64,000 nt of DNA, from contig CAWUKF010000001.1 in assembly GCA_963922745.1 (NCBI GenBank), positions 183 through 64,182 on the forward strand, in the 5' to 3' direction. Below, piece after piece: positions 47,666 through 56,856 of the stretch (position 1 is its first letter; each line of letters opens with the position of its first letter). The translations under genes were made by a program, and so were the position numbers. A model generated the notes under the pieces. It did no database searches and was not told where the DNA came from. It worked only from the letters and a program-made list of their open reading frames with translations. The stretch comes from an uncultured Sphingomonadales bacterium (GTDB lineage Bacteria; Pseudomonadota; Alphaproteobacteria; Sphingomonadales; Sphingomonadaceae).

Positions 47666-48427
47666 TCAGGGGAGCGCAGCTCCGATCGCCGCCTGGAATA
47701 GCCAGAGCGGAAAGGCCGCGATCGCCATAAGGCTGCCCAGCGGCAAGATGCTGTCGGCGGACACCGCCCTGCCGCGCAGCCTCCAAGAGAACGCCACCAG
47801 CAGGCCGACCAGACTGGCACCGAGAATTACCAGGGGAAGCATCTGCCAACCAAGCCAACAGCCGATCGCGCCCAGCATCTTCGGATCCCCTGCACCGAGG
47901 CCTTCCCGGCCCCTGACCATCCTGTACAATGCGGCGACAACCGCCAGCGAAGCAAATCCGGCGATGCCGCCGATAAGCCGCTCCTGCAGCATCGGGCCGA
48001 GCGACAGCAGCCCGGTGCCCAATCCGGACAGGGCCAATAGAACTGTCAGGCTGTCGGGCAGCCAATGGTGTTTCACATCCAGTGCAGCAAGCGTGAGCAG
48101 CAACCACCCGAATAGCGCCCCGGACAGGCCTCCGATCCCCGGCGATACGAATAGCGCCAGGCCGCCGATCAGGCCTGCGGCAAGCTCAACCGCAATATGG
48201 TCGGTGGCAATTTGCGCGCCGCATTGCCGACATCTGCCCCGCTGCGCCAGGAAACTGACGACGGGAATAAGCTCCCAGCCGCGCAATTGGTGACCGCAAC
48301 CGTCGCAGGATGAGCGGCCGCCGATCACTGACCGCTGCTCGGGCCAGCGGACAATCAGCGTCGCCAGGAAGCTGCCGATGATCAGACCGAGCAGGGCGCC
48401 GGACAGAGGCGGGTAAAAAGCGGGCAA
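47666..48427 (-). CDS. pilD: Prepilin peptidase, A24A family
   Basis: GSFL, RSSCDGC...IPVVSF...GRCRQC zinc site, LDVKHHWLPD and GLGAGDPKM; TTG start behind GGGAG. Confidence 0.88.
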   Translation of the reverse strand: MPAFYPPLSGALLGLIIGSFLATLIVRWPEQRSVIGGRSSCDGCGHQLRGWELIPVVSFLAQRGRCRQCGAQIATDHIAVELAAGLIGGLALFVSPGIGGLSGALFGWLLLTLAALDVKHHWLPDSLTVLLALSGLGTGLLSLGPMLQERLIGGIAGFASLAVVAALYRMVRGREGLGAGDPKMLGAIGCWLGWQMLPLVILGASLVGLLVAFSWRLRGRAVSADSILPLGSLMAIAAFPLWLFQAAIGAALP

Positions 48428-48578
48428 CGAACGCTCCCATGAAGATATTGCGACCGATTGGCATGGCCAGGGCTGGCTTTCAATGCCGCAATTGAAAAAG
48501 CGCAAACGCGCGCCTATGTGCGTTGCAAGAATCGAGCGCGCAGCCAGCGTGCATTAGCAAAGCCAGAAAGGTCCCGAC

Positions 48579-49769
48579 ATGTCCAGTTCCGATCCGATCG
48601 TCATTCTTTCCTACGCCCGCACGCCGATGGGCGGCATGCAGGGCGCACTTGGAGAGGTCAGCGCCTCCCACCTTGGTGCGGTCGCGGTGAAGGCGGCAGT
48701 CGAACGAGCCGGAATCGCCGGTGGAGACGTCGAACGCATCTATATGGGCAACGTCCTGTCCGCTGGCCAGGGCCAGGCCCCTGCCCGCCAGGCGGCGATC
48801 TATGCCGGCCTGCCGCAGTCGGTCGAGGCGACCACCGTCAATAAAATGTGTGGCTCCGGTATGCAGGCTGCAATCATGGGTGCCGAAGCGCTGGCGGCCG
48901 GCTCGATCGACATGATTGTTGCCGGCGGCATGGAGAGCATGACCAACGCGCCTTACCTGCTGCCCAAGATGCGCAGCGGCGCCCGTTTGGGTCATACTGA
49001 GGCCAAGGACCACATGTTCCTCGATGGCCTGGAAGACGCCTATGAACCCGGTCGGGCGATGGGCAGCTTTGCCGAGGAAACCGTCGGGGAATATCAACTG
49101 ACGCGGGAAGCGCAGGACGAATATTCGATCGAGTCGCTGGCCCGTGCCAAGGCTGCCGTCGAAGGCGATGCCTTTGATGACGAGGTTGTTGCGGTCGAGG
49201 TCAAGAGCCGCCGTGGCGATGTCACAGTCGACAAGGACGAGCAGCCGTTGAAGGGCAATCCCGACAAGATTCCGCAGCTTCGTCCGGCCTTTGCCAAGGA
49301 CGGCACGATAACAGCGGCAAACGCCTCTTCGATTTCGGACGGTGCCGCGGCGATGGTGCTGACCCGTGCCAGCGTGGCCGATGCCAAGGGACTGAAGCCA
49401 GTCGCCCGGATCGTGGCCCATGCGGCCCATGCGCACGCCCCTTCGAAATTCACCACGGCACCGGTTCAGGCGATCCAGAAAGTGCTCGACAAGGCCGGCT
49501 GGTCGGTCGGCGACGTCGACCTCTGGGAAGTGAACGAGGCCTTCGCCTGCGTCGCGATGTTCGCGATGCAGGATATCGGTATCAGCCGCGACAAGCTCAA
49601 CGTCAACGGCGGCGCCACGGCGCTCGGCCATCCGATCGGTGCCAGCGGTGCCCGCATCATGGTGACCCTGATTGCTGCCCTGAAAAAACGTGGCTTAAAA
49701 AAGGGCGTGGCGGCTCTGTGCATCGGTGGCGGCGAAGCCACAGCGGTCGCGCTGGAACTGCTGGACTGA
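48579..49769 (+). CDS. Acetyl-CoA C-acyltransferase (thiolase)
   Basis: NKMCGSG, NEAFA, GHPIGASG and LCIGGG. Confidence 0.95.
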   Translation: MSSSDPIVILSYARTPMGGMQGALGEVSASHLGAVAVKAAVERAGIAGGDVERIYMGNVLSAGQGQAPARQAAIYAGLPQSVEATTVNKMCGSGMQAAIMGAEALAAGSIDMIVAGGMESMTNAPYLLPKMRSGARLGHTEAKDHMFLDGLEDAYEPGRAMGSFAEETVGEYQLTREAQDEYSIESLARAKAAVEGDAFDDEVVAVEVKSRRGDVTVDKDEQPLKGNPDKIPQLRPAFAKDGTITAANASSISDGAAAMVLTRASVADAKGLKPVARIVAHAAHAHAPSKFTTAPVQAIQKVLDKAGWSVGDVDLWEVNEAFACVAMFAMQDIGISRDKLNVNGGATALGHPIGASGARIMVTLIAALKKRGLKKGVAALCIGGGEATAVALELLD

Positions 49770-49770
49770 T

Positions 49771-50247
49771 CTATTTTAGCGGTTCGTCGCCCCAGACATC
49801 GTCGATGCTGATATAGCCCCTGCGCCCGGTGACATCGAACAGGCACCAACCCTTTTCGCACTGGGTCAGGCTGCCCACAACCCCGGGTTCGGCACGCCAG
49901 ATGATCTTGGCATTGCCATTGGGATTCGCGCGCATGGCCACCGGCTTGCCGCTGGTCGCCAGCACCAACCCGGTCCGCGAGGCACTGAGCAGCCGCGCGT
50001 GCATCCATCCCTGGGTGCCCTCGTGGTCCTCGACCTTGCGCCAGGATTTGTAGCGGGCCAGGATTTTGACCGGCAGCTTCTCTCGCTTGTAGATCCACAT
50101 CGTTGGATATTCGGTGGACGGGCCGGTGCGCATCCGCGCCTCGGGTTCGTCGATCGAAGCCCAATAGGGAGGCTCCTCCTGTGCGCTGGCGGCGGTTGGC
50201 AGCAACAGACCCGATATGATGATGAGCAGGATTGCCAGATTACGCAT
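49771..50247 (-). CDS. Exported tandem bacterial SH3-domain protein
   Basis: Signal peptide, MRTGPSTEYP, WRKVEDHEGTQGWM and a terminal VWG. Confidence 0.85.
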   Translation of the reverse strand: MRNLAILLIIISGLLLPTAASAQEEPPYWASIDEPEARMRTGPSTEYPTMWIYKREKLPVKILARYKSWRKVEDHEGTQGWMHARLLSASRTGLVLATSGKPVAMRANPNGNAKIIWRAEPGVVGSLTQCEKGWCLFDVTGRRGYISIDDVWGDEPLK

Positions 50248-50357
50248 GATGATTGGTTTCTCGATCCCCGGTTGTGTCGTGCATAGCCGAAAAGTCTCGC
50301 CGGCTTCAAGCGTCGCCTGCTTGACCTGAACCGAAATTCGGGCATAGCAACAGGTCT

Positions 50358-51356
50358 ATGCCAGACTCATCACCATGCACGAATCCCCGCGTCATCATCA
50401 CCCGCGAATTGGCGGACTCCAATCAGAATCGCATGTGCGAACTGTTTGATGCTGTGCCCAATTATTCCGACCGGCCATTCACCCGCGACGACCTGATCTC
50501 GGCGATGGCGGATTGCGATGTGCTGGTCCCGACCGTCACCGATCATATCGATGCGGAAATGATCGCCAATGCTCCGGACCGGCTTCGCCTGATCGCCAGC
50601 TTCGGAGCCGGCGTCGACCATATCGATCTGGCTGCCGCCCGGGCAAAAAAAATCCTCGTGACCAACACGCCGGGAGTTTTCACCGAAGATACTGCCGACA
50701 TGACCATGGCTCTGATCCTGTCGACGCCGCGCCGCCTGTCGGAAGGCGAGAAACTGATCCGGTCGGAACAATGGGAAGGGTGGAAGCCGTCCGGCATGCT
50801 CGGCCATTGTATCGGCGGCAAGAAGCTCGGTATCATCGGCATGGGCCGCATCGGCCAGGCAGTGGCCCGCCGCGCATCCGGCTTCGGCCTGTCTATCGTC
50901 TATCACAATCGCCGCCAGCTGCCGCCGGCGGTAGAGGAATCGCTACGCGCCAGTTTTGTCGACAATCTCGATGACCTTATCCGAGAATGCGATATCATCA
51001 CGCTCCATTGTCCCCACACCGCCGAAACCCATGAAATGATCAATGCCGCCCGGATCGGCATGATGAAGCCGTCCACCTATCTGATCAACACCGCTCGCGG
51101 CGATCTGGTCAACGAGGATGCCCTGATTGATGCACTACAAAACGGACGGATCGGCGGCGCCGGGCTCGACGTTTACCAGAATGAGCCGAATATCGATCCG
51201 CGCTTCCTCACGCTCAAGAATGTCGCGCTGCTGCCGCACATGGGAAGCGCCACCTTTGAGGGCCGGGAAGCGTCCGGGGAGCGGGTCATCACCAACATCC
51301 GGGTGTGGGCCGACGGCCATCGCCCGCCGGACCAGGTGCTGGATGGCTGGGTCTAA
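50358..51356 (+). CDS. D-isomer specific 2-hydroxyacid dehydrogenase (glyoxylate reductase-like)
   Basis: TNTPGV, GMGRIG, INTARG, GLDVY and LPHMGSAT. Confidence 0.92.
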   Translation: MPDSSPCTNPRVIITRELADSNQNRMCELFDAVPNYSDRPFTRDDLISAMADCDVLVPTVTDHIDAEMIANAPDRLRLIASFGAGVDHIDLAAARAKKILVTNTPGVFTEDTADMTMALILSTPRRLSEGEKLIRSEQWEGWKPSGMLGHCIGGKKLGIIGMGRIGQAVARRASGFGLSIVYHNRRQLPPAVEESLRASFVDNLDDLIRECDIITLHCPHTAETHEMINAARIGMMKPSTYLINTARGDLVNEDALIDALQNGRIGGAGLDVYQNEPNIDPRFLTLKNVALLPHMGSATFEGREASGERVITNIRVWADGHRPPDQVLDGWV

Positions 51357-51456
51357 GCTTTACGTTGAGTCCCCTGCCTGTCTCGACTAGAAATTTGCCA
51401 CAATCTGATTCGCTAGAGCGATAAGGCCTAACAAGATAATAGTTGCAGGGGACGTC

Positions 51457-52773
51457 ATGAAATATCCAGTCAAATCCTCCGGATTGGCCCTGGCCGCGAT
51501 ATGGGCGACCTCGCCCCTGCAGGCGCAGCAAACCATCGATCCGGCGATCGCCGACGTCGCCAACAGCGGTGATACCGCCTGGATATTGACTGCCAGCGCG
51601 CTGGTGTTGCTGATGACCCTGCCCGGTCTGGCGCTGTTCTACGGCGGCCTGGTCCGCGCGAAGAATTTTCTCTCGGTGCTGATCCAGTGCCTGGCGGTGG
51701 TCGGTGTCTGTTCGGTCCTCTGGATCGTCGTCGGCTACACGCTTGCCTTCGGTGGCGTCACCAACGGATTTCTGGGCAACGGCATGAACTGGATGCTAGC
51801 CAATCTCGGCAATGTGCGGCAGGCGACCTTCATTCCGGAATCGACCTTCGTCCTGTTCCAGATGACCTTTGCCGTGATCACCCCGGCGCTGATGATCGGA
51901 GCCTGGGTCGAGCGCGCCCGGTTCGGCTGGGTCGTCGCCTTTTGCGCCCTCTGGTCGCTTGTCGTCTATGCGCCGGTCGCTCACTGGGTCTGGGGCGGCG
52001 GCTGGTTGAGCGGTCTCGGCGTGCTTGATTTTGCCGGCGGCATTGTCGTGCACACCACGGCGGGTGTCTCCGCGCTGGTCGTCGCGATCATGCTCGGCAA
52101 GCGGATGGGCTGGCCGAAAACCCTGATGCTGCCCCACAGCCCTGCCCTGACCGTTGCCGGTGCCGCGATGCTCTGGGTCGGCTGGTTCGGGTTCAACGGC
52201 GGCTCCGCCCTGACCGCGACAGATGACGCAGCTGCGGCGATCATCAATACCCATATTGCCGCCTCGATGGCAGCGCTGGTGTGGATCCTGATCGAGAAGT
52301 TCAAGGTCGGCAAACCGACCGCCGTCGGCGTTGCAACTGGCGCTATTGCCGGGCTGGCAACGATCACCCCCGCAGCCGGATTCGTCGGTCCCGGCGCATC
52401 GATCCTGATCGGCGCGGCCGCAGCGATCGTCTGCTTCATGGCGGTCGGTCTGGTCAAGAACGGCTTCAAAATCGACGACAGCCTCGACGTCTTCGCGGTC
52501 CATGGCGTCGGCGGCATGCTCGGCAGCCTGCTGCTTGCGCTGTTCATCGGCAGCGGATTTGGCGGCACCGGCTATCCCGAAGGCATGGCCTTTGGCAGCC
52601 AGTTTGTCGCCCAGCTGATAGGGGTTGGCGCGGTCGCCATCTGGTCGGCGGTCGCAACCTTGATCCTCGGATTCGGTATCAGCTTCATCCTGCCGATGCG
52701 GGTCAGTGAGGACGACGAGCGCGATGGTCTGGACATTTCCAACCATGGCGAACGGGCATGGGATCTGGATTGA
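51457..52773 (+). CDS. amtB: Ammonium transporter
   Basis: FQMTFA, DFAGGIVVH, WFGFNGGS and DDSLDVFAVHG. Confidence 0.93.
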   Translation: MKYPVKSSGLALAAIWATSPLQAQQTIDPAIADVANSGDTAWILTASALVLLMTLPGLALFYGGLVRAKNFLSVLIQCLAVVGVCSVLWIVVGYTLAFGGVTNGFLGNGMNWMLANLGNVRQATFIPESTFVLFQMTFAVITPALMIGAWVERARFGWVVAFCALWSLVVYAPVAHWVWGGGWLSGLGVLDFAGGIVVHTTAGVSALVVAIMLGKRMGWPKTLMLPHSPALTVAGAAMLWVGWFGFNGGSALTATDDAAAAIINTHIAASMAALVWILIEKFKVGKPTAVGVATGAIAGLATITPAAGFVGPGASILIGAAAAIVCFMAVGLVKNGFKIDDSLDVFAVHGVGGMLGSLLLALFIGSGFGGTGYPEGMAFGSQFVAQLIGVGAVAIWSAVATLILGFGISFILPMRVSEDDERDGLDISNHGERAWDLD

Positions 52774-52813
52774 GCCAGACCGCTCTCCCGGCGGGAGAAA
52801 CAGGGATATCCGG

Positions 52814-53269
52814 CTAAAGCTCGAGGTGCAGGAACTGGTTGAAGGCGGTCGGCTGGTAATCCCCGAACGGTTGGCCGTTCCGGAAGCCCCGCTTGCGATA
52901 AAGGCTCAGCGCCGGCTCGAATTCCGCGCCCGATCCCGTTTCGAGACTCAGCCGCTTCAACCCGCGTTGCTTTGCTTCGCGGATGATATGGTCGAGGATC
53001 GCAAGGCCGACACCCTTGCGCAGATGCCGGCGGTCAGTGCGCATCGACTTGATCTCGCCTGCCGCTGACGACAATTGCTTGAGCGCGCCTATGCCCATCA
53101 GGACATCATCATCCCAGGCGGTCCAGACCGAAATGCTCGCCGCCTGCAAACCGGAAAGGTCCAGCGCATAGACGCTGTCCGGCGGCGAGTTTTCGTGCAT
53201 TCCCGCAAGATGCTCGGCCAGCAGGTTCTGCACCTGCCGGTCGCTCAGATCATCAAGCCGGATGTCCAA
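52814..53269 (-). CDS. GNAT N-acetyltransferase (YedL-like)
   Basis: HLAGMHENSPPDSVYALDL, EIKSMRT and SLETG. Confidence 0.88.
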   Translation of the reverse strand: MDIRLDDLSDRQVQNLLAEHLAGMHENSPPDSVYALDLSGLQAASISVWTAWDDDVLMGIGALKQLSSAAGEIKSMRTDRRHLRKGVGLAILDHIIREAKQRGLKRLSLETGSGAEFEPALSLYRKRGFRNGQPFGDYQPTAFNQFLHLEL

Positions 53270-53270
53270 C

Positions 53271-54674
53271 TCAGTCGCCAGTCAGGATGCGGTCCATCAG
53301 CTGCTGCACCGTCGGCACAAAACCGTTGGAATAGAAAGGATCGGTCCCGAAATTATAGGCACCATGGCCGGCAAACATCAGATGCTCCTCGACCGGCGCG
53401 CCATGCACGATTTCCTGCAGGCTCTTCTGAATGCAGAAGCTGCGCGGATCGGCGAGCCGCCCGGTGCTGTTGTTGTCATGGTCCTTCCAGGCGGAAAAGC
53501 CGCAGTGCGACAGGCAGCCCATGCAGTCGGCCTGGTCCTTGCGGATCATCTTCGATTCTTCCGGCGTGGTAAAGACGAGCGTATTGTCCGGCGTCTTCAT
53601 CGCCATGGTGAAGCCGAGACCGTCCCACTCGCGCGCGCGCAGCAGATCATTGCGGGTGACCCAGAAATTCTTCCCCCGCACACCGACATCAAGCTGGTGG
53701 GTATGTTCGCCCGCCTTCTCCGTCGAATAGGGAATCTGGCGCTCCGACCGCGCTTCCAGGCTGCGCAGAAATTCGTTGCGAACTGCGGAACTGTAAAAAC
53801 CGGTTGGCGAGAATTTGTGCAGCAATATGTCGCCTTCCTTGATCTTGGTCAGCTCGCTCTTCCAGCTTTCCGGGATCGGGCTTTCCTTGGTCAGCAAGGG
53901 TCTCGTGCCGAACTGGAAGGCAATCTGTCCCAGTTCCTCGCTGTCGATCCAGTCCTGCCAGTCGCGCAGATGCCAGACGCCGCCGGCCATGATGATCGGC
54001 ACGCTGTCGGCGATGCCCTCGCCACGCATCGTCTCGCGCAGCGCCTTGACCCGGGGATAGGGATCCTCCGGCTTCCTCGGATCTTCGGCATTGGACAGGC
54101 CGTTGTGCCCGCCCGCCAGCCACGGATCCTCGTAGACCACGGCTGCCATCAGATCGGGTACCTTGTGATAGGCCCGCTTCCACAGCGCCCGGAAGGCGCG
54201 GGCGGAACTGATGATCGGCAGATAGTTCACGCCATATCGCTGCGCAATTTCGGACAGCTTGTAAGGCATGCCTGCGCCACAGGTGACGCCCGCGACCATG
54301 CCCTTGGTCTGTTCGAGCACGCCTTCCAGCACCGGCTGCGCGCCTCCCATTTCCCAAAGGACGTTGATATTGATCGCCCCCTTGCCGTTGGCAATTTCAT
54401 AGGCACGGGTGACCTGCTCGACGGCACCGGCGATCGCATATTCGATCAGTTCCTGATGCCGTTCCTCACGCTTTCTGCCATGATAGATTTGCGGGATGAC
54501 ATTGCCATCCTCGTCATAGCTGTCCGCATTGACCGCGGACACGGTGCCAATGCCACCGGCGGCGGCCCATGCTCCCGAACTTGCGTGATTGGTGGCGGCA
54601 ACGCCTTTTCCACCCTCGATCAGCGGCCAAACTTCGCGACCGTTATACTGAATGGGTTTTAAGCCCTTGAACAA
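53271..54674 (-). CDS. Nitronate monooxygenase/FabK-superfamily flavoprotein with a C-terminal Cys cluster
   Basis: EGGKGV, GAGMP, AGGHNG, AGGV, GTR and CMGCLSHC...FC; TTG start with GAGGAG RBS. Confidence 0.85.
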   Translation of the reverse strand: MFKGLKPIQYNGREVWPLIEGGKGVAATNHASSGAWAAAGGIGTVSAVNADSYDEDGNVIPQIYHGRKREERHQELIEYAIAGAVEQVTRAYEIANGKGAININVLWEMGGAQPVLEGVLEQTKGMVAGVTCGAGMPYKLSEIAQRYGVNYLPIISSARAFRALWKRAYHKVPDLMAAVVYEDPWLAGGHNGLSNAEDPRKPEDPYPRVKALRETMRGEGIADSVPIIMAGGVWHLRDWQDWIDSEELGQIAFQFGTRPLLTKESPIPESWKSELTKIKEGDILLHKFSPTGFYSSAVRNEFLRSLEARSERQIPYSTEKAGEHTHQLDVGVRGKNFWVTRNDLLRAREWDGLGFTMAMKTPDNTLVFTTPEESKMIRKDQADCMGCLSHCGFSAWKDHDNNSTGRLADPRSFCIQKSLQEIVHGAPVEEHLMFAGHGAYNFGTDPFYSNGFVPTVQQLMDRILTGD

Positions 54675-54755
54675 TGAACTCTCCTCTTGTCCCCAAATGC
54701 CGATATAGACGGCGGTGCATCAAAATGCTCGAAAAAAACTCTGTTAGGAATTTCG

Positions 54756-55901
54756 TTATCTGGTCGTGCCGAAATCGGCCCGCCCCAGCGCATGGCCATA
54801 TAGCAGGCCATAGCGACCCAGCATCTTGCTCTCGTTATATTCCGCCTGCGCCTTGATCCTGTTCTGCATTCCCAGATCTTCCCGCAGTTGCTGGTGCTGA
54901 ACCAATGTCACAAGCGATTCTACAAATTTGCCTTCGTCGCCCAGCGCCTTGATAAAGCCCTTGTTGGCCTGCGATACCATCGACCCGATATCGCCGACAT
55001 CCGTCGCAGCCACCGGCAAGCCGGCCGCCATCGCCTCGATCAGGGAGATCGGAAATTGTTCGCTGTCGGAAGATAGCGCAAAAATGTCGAAAAGGCCAAT
55101 ATAGCGAGCCGGGTCGGCAAGAAAGCCGGGCATCAGGAGGCGGTCGGCCAGGCCAACCCGCTGGGCTTCTGCCAATATGACATCGCGCTCGGGGCCTTCG
55201 CCCACGATCACCAGCCGGACATTGTCACCGGCAGCGGCACAGGCCCGGACCAGTCGCGGCAGATTCTTGATCGCGCGCAGTCCGGCAACCGTCCCGACCA
55301 CAACTTCGCCCTCGCGGCGGATGAAGCCCGGCAAGGCACCGCGCTGCGGCTTTTTTTCATAGCGCTTGACGTCGATGCCGTTCGGAATCCGGTGAATTTT
55401 CTGCTCCGGCTGCTTCCATACCTCGCCGGCAATGCGCGCCAGCCGCTCAGATGGCACGACCAGCGCCTGCGACGCGCCGAGCGCGAACTTGCGAAACCAG
55501 TTTCTCTTCCAGTTGAGCTTTTCCCGCTCGTCTTCGTTAAACCCGTCTTCGTGGTGGATCAGCGGGGGCAGTCCCTCCACCCGTGAAAAAAGCGTCCGCG
55601 CCATGACCCCGTCCATCGATCCCCAGTTATAAGAGAGGATAAGATCGAACTGACGAAAATAGGTGACGAACTCGCGATAACGTTTGAGCGACGGCTTGCC
55701 TGCCAGCGACGGTGCATCCTTCGGAAAGGTGACATTGATATTGCTCGCAATCCCCTCGCGAGCGGAAAGACTGTCGGGCTCGGCAGACAAGATGACATGC
55801 TCCGCGGCCTCGCCGAAATGGTTCATCAACCGGACGGCACGCGCTTCCTTGCCGCCAAGGTTGAACGTGCTGTGCAGATGCAGGATTCTGGCTGGTTTCA
55901 T
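54756..55901 (-). CDS. Glycosyltransferase family 4
   Basis: GGKE, IPNGID and EQFPISLIEAMAAG. Confidence 0.9.
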   Translation of the reverse strand: MKPARILHLHSTFNLGGKEARAVRLMNHFGEAAEHVILSAEPDSLSAREGIASNINVTFPKDAPSLAGKPSLKRYREFVTYFRQFDLILSYNWGSMDGVMARTLFSRVEGLPPLIHHEDGFNEDEREKLNWKRNWFRKFALGASQALVVPSERLARIAGEVWKQPEQKIHRIPNGIDVKRYEKKPQRGALPGFIRREGEVVVGTVAGLRAIKNLPRLVRACAAAGDNVRLVIVGEGPERDVILAEAQRVGLADRLLMPGFLADPARYIGLFDIFALSSDSEQFPISLIEAMAAGLPVAATDVGDIGSMVSQANKGFIKALGDEGKFVESLVTLVQHQQLREDLGMQNRIKAQAEYNESKMLGRYGLLYGHALGRADFGTTR

Positions 55902-55932
55902 ACGGCTTTTTGTCGGCTTTCCGAAAACAAGA

Positions 55933-56796
55933 TCAGTCGATGCGGTGCAGCAATTGGGCAATCGCGTCAAGCGAAGCGGGTTCCTCCAGGGTCGGCGCGT
56001 GACCGACGCGAGGAACCGTCACCAGCTCGCCCCTGTCCAGCTTTTCGAGCATTTTTCGCGCTGTTCTTTCACTGAACAAATCCGACAATTCTCCGCGCAG
56101 AATCACCGTCGGAATATCCTTCATATGCTCCAGCGCATTCCAGAGCGCGCCACTGCCGCCGCCCTTGCCGTCGAACGGCTCGGCGATCTTCATGTCATAA
56201 TCCAGCTTGATCCGTCCCGAACTGTTCATCCGGTAGATTTTCTTGGCAAAGCCGATCCAGTCCTTCAGGGTAAAATCGGGAAATATGTCGCCGTTATTTT
56301 CGGCCAGATCCCGACCGGCATGGGCCCAGGTGTCGAAATTGCGCCCCTGCCCGACGTTGGAGGCGATCCGATCAAGCCCGGTCTGGTCCAGCTCCGGTCC
56401 AATGTCGTTGAGCAGCGCTCCGGCCACCCGCTCGGGAGCGATTTTGCCGAGCAGCATGGTCACGATCCCACCAAGCGATGTGCCAAGGAATATCGCTTTG
56501 GGTATTTCCAGCTCATCCATCAGCATGATGATATCGGAAACATATTGCTTGGGATTGTAGGTCGCGGTGTCCTTGGCATATTCGCTGTCGCCTCGGCCGC
56601 GCAAATCCACCATCAGGATACGGCGCTCGCCGTTGAATATCGCTCCGAGATGCCGAAAATCGCGGGCATTGCGCGTCAGGCCAGGCAAGCAGATAACCGG
56701 TATCTTGCCGCTGTCGGACGGATAGTCCCAGGCATGCAGCTTCAATCCGTCATCGGATTCCCAGTAAACGTCCTGATATGATTTTTCTTCACTCAT
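55933..56796 (-). CDS. Alpha/beta fold hydrolase
   Basis: LPGLTRNARDF, DLRGRG, the GTSLGG nucleophile elbow and GHAP. Confidence 0.9.
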   Translation of the reverse strand: MSEEKSYQDVYWESDDGLKLHAWDYPSDSGKIPVICLPGLTRNARDFRHLGAIFNGERRILMVDLRGRGDSEYAKDTATYNPKQYVSDIIMLMDELEIPKAIFLGTSLGGIVTMLLGKIAPERVAGALLNDIGPELDQTGLDRIASNVGQGRNFDTWAHAGRDLAENNGDIFPDFTLKDWIGFAKKIYRMNSSGRIKLDYDMKIAEPFDGKGGGSGALWNALEHMKDIPTVILRGELSDLFSERTARKMLEKLDRGELVTVPRVGHAPTLEEPASLDAIAQLLHRID

Positions 56797-56856
56797 GCTG
56801 CATTGGGCCCTGTCTTCGCACTTGCTGCGCGACCGATTAGCCGCCACTGTTGGAAA

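Noticed and set aside
52780-52805. Terminator between amtB and the GNAT gene
   Set aside because: A short TCTCCCG/CGGGAGA stem with almost no loop and no clear U-tract; too weak to call.
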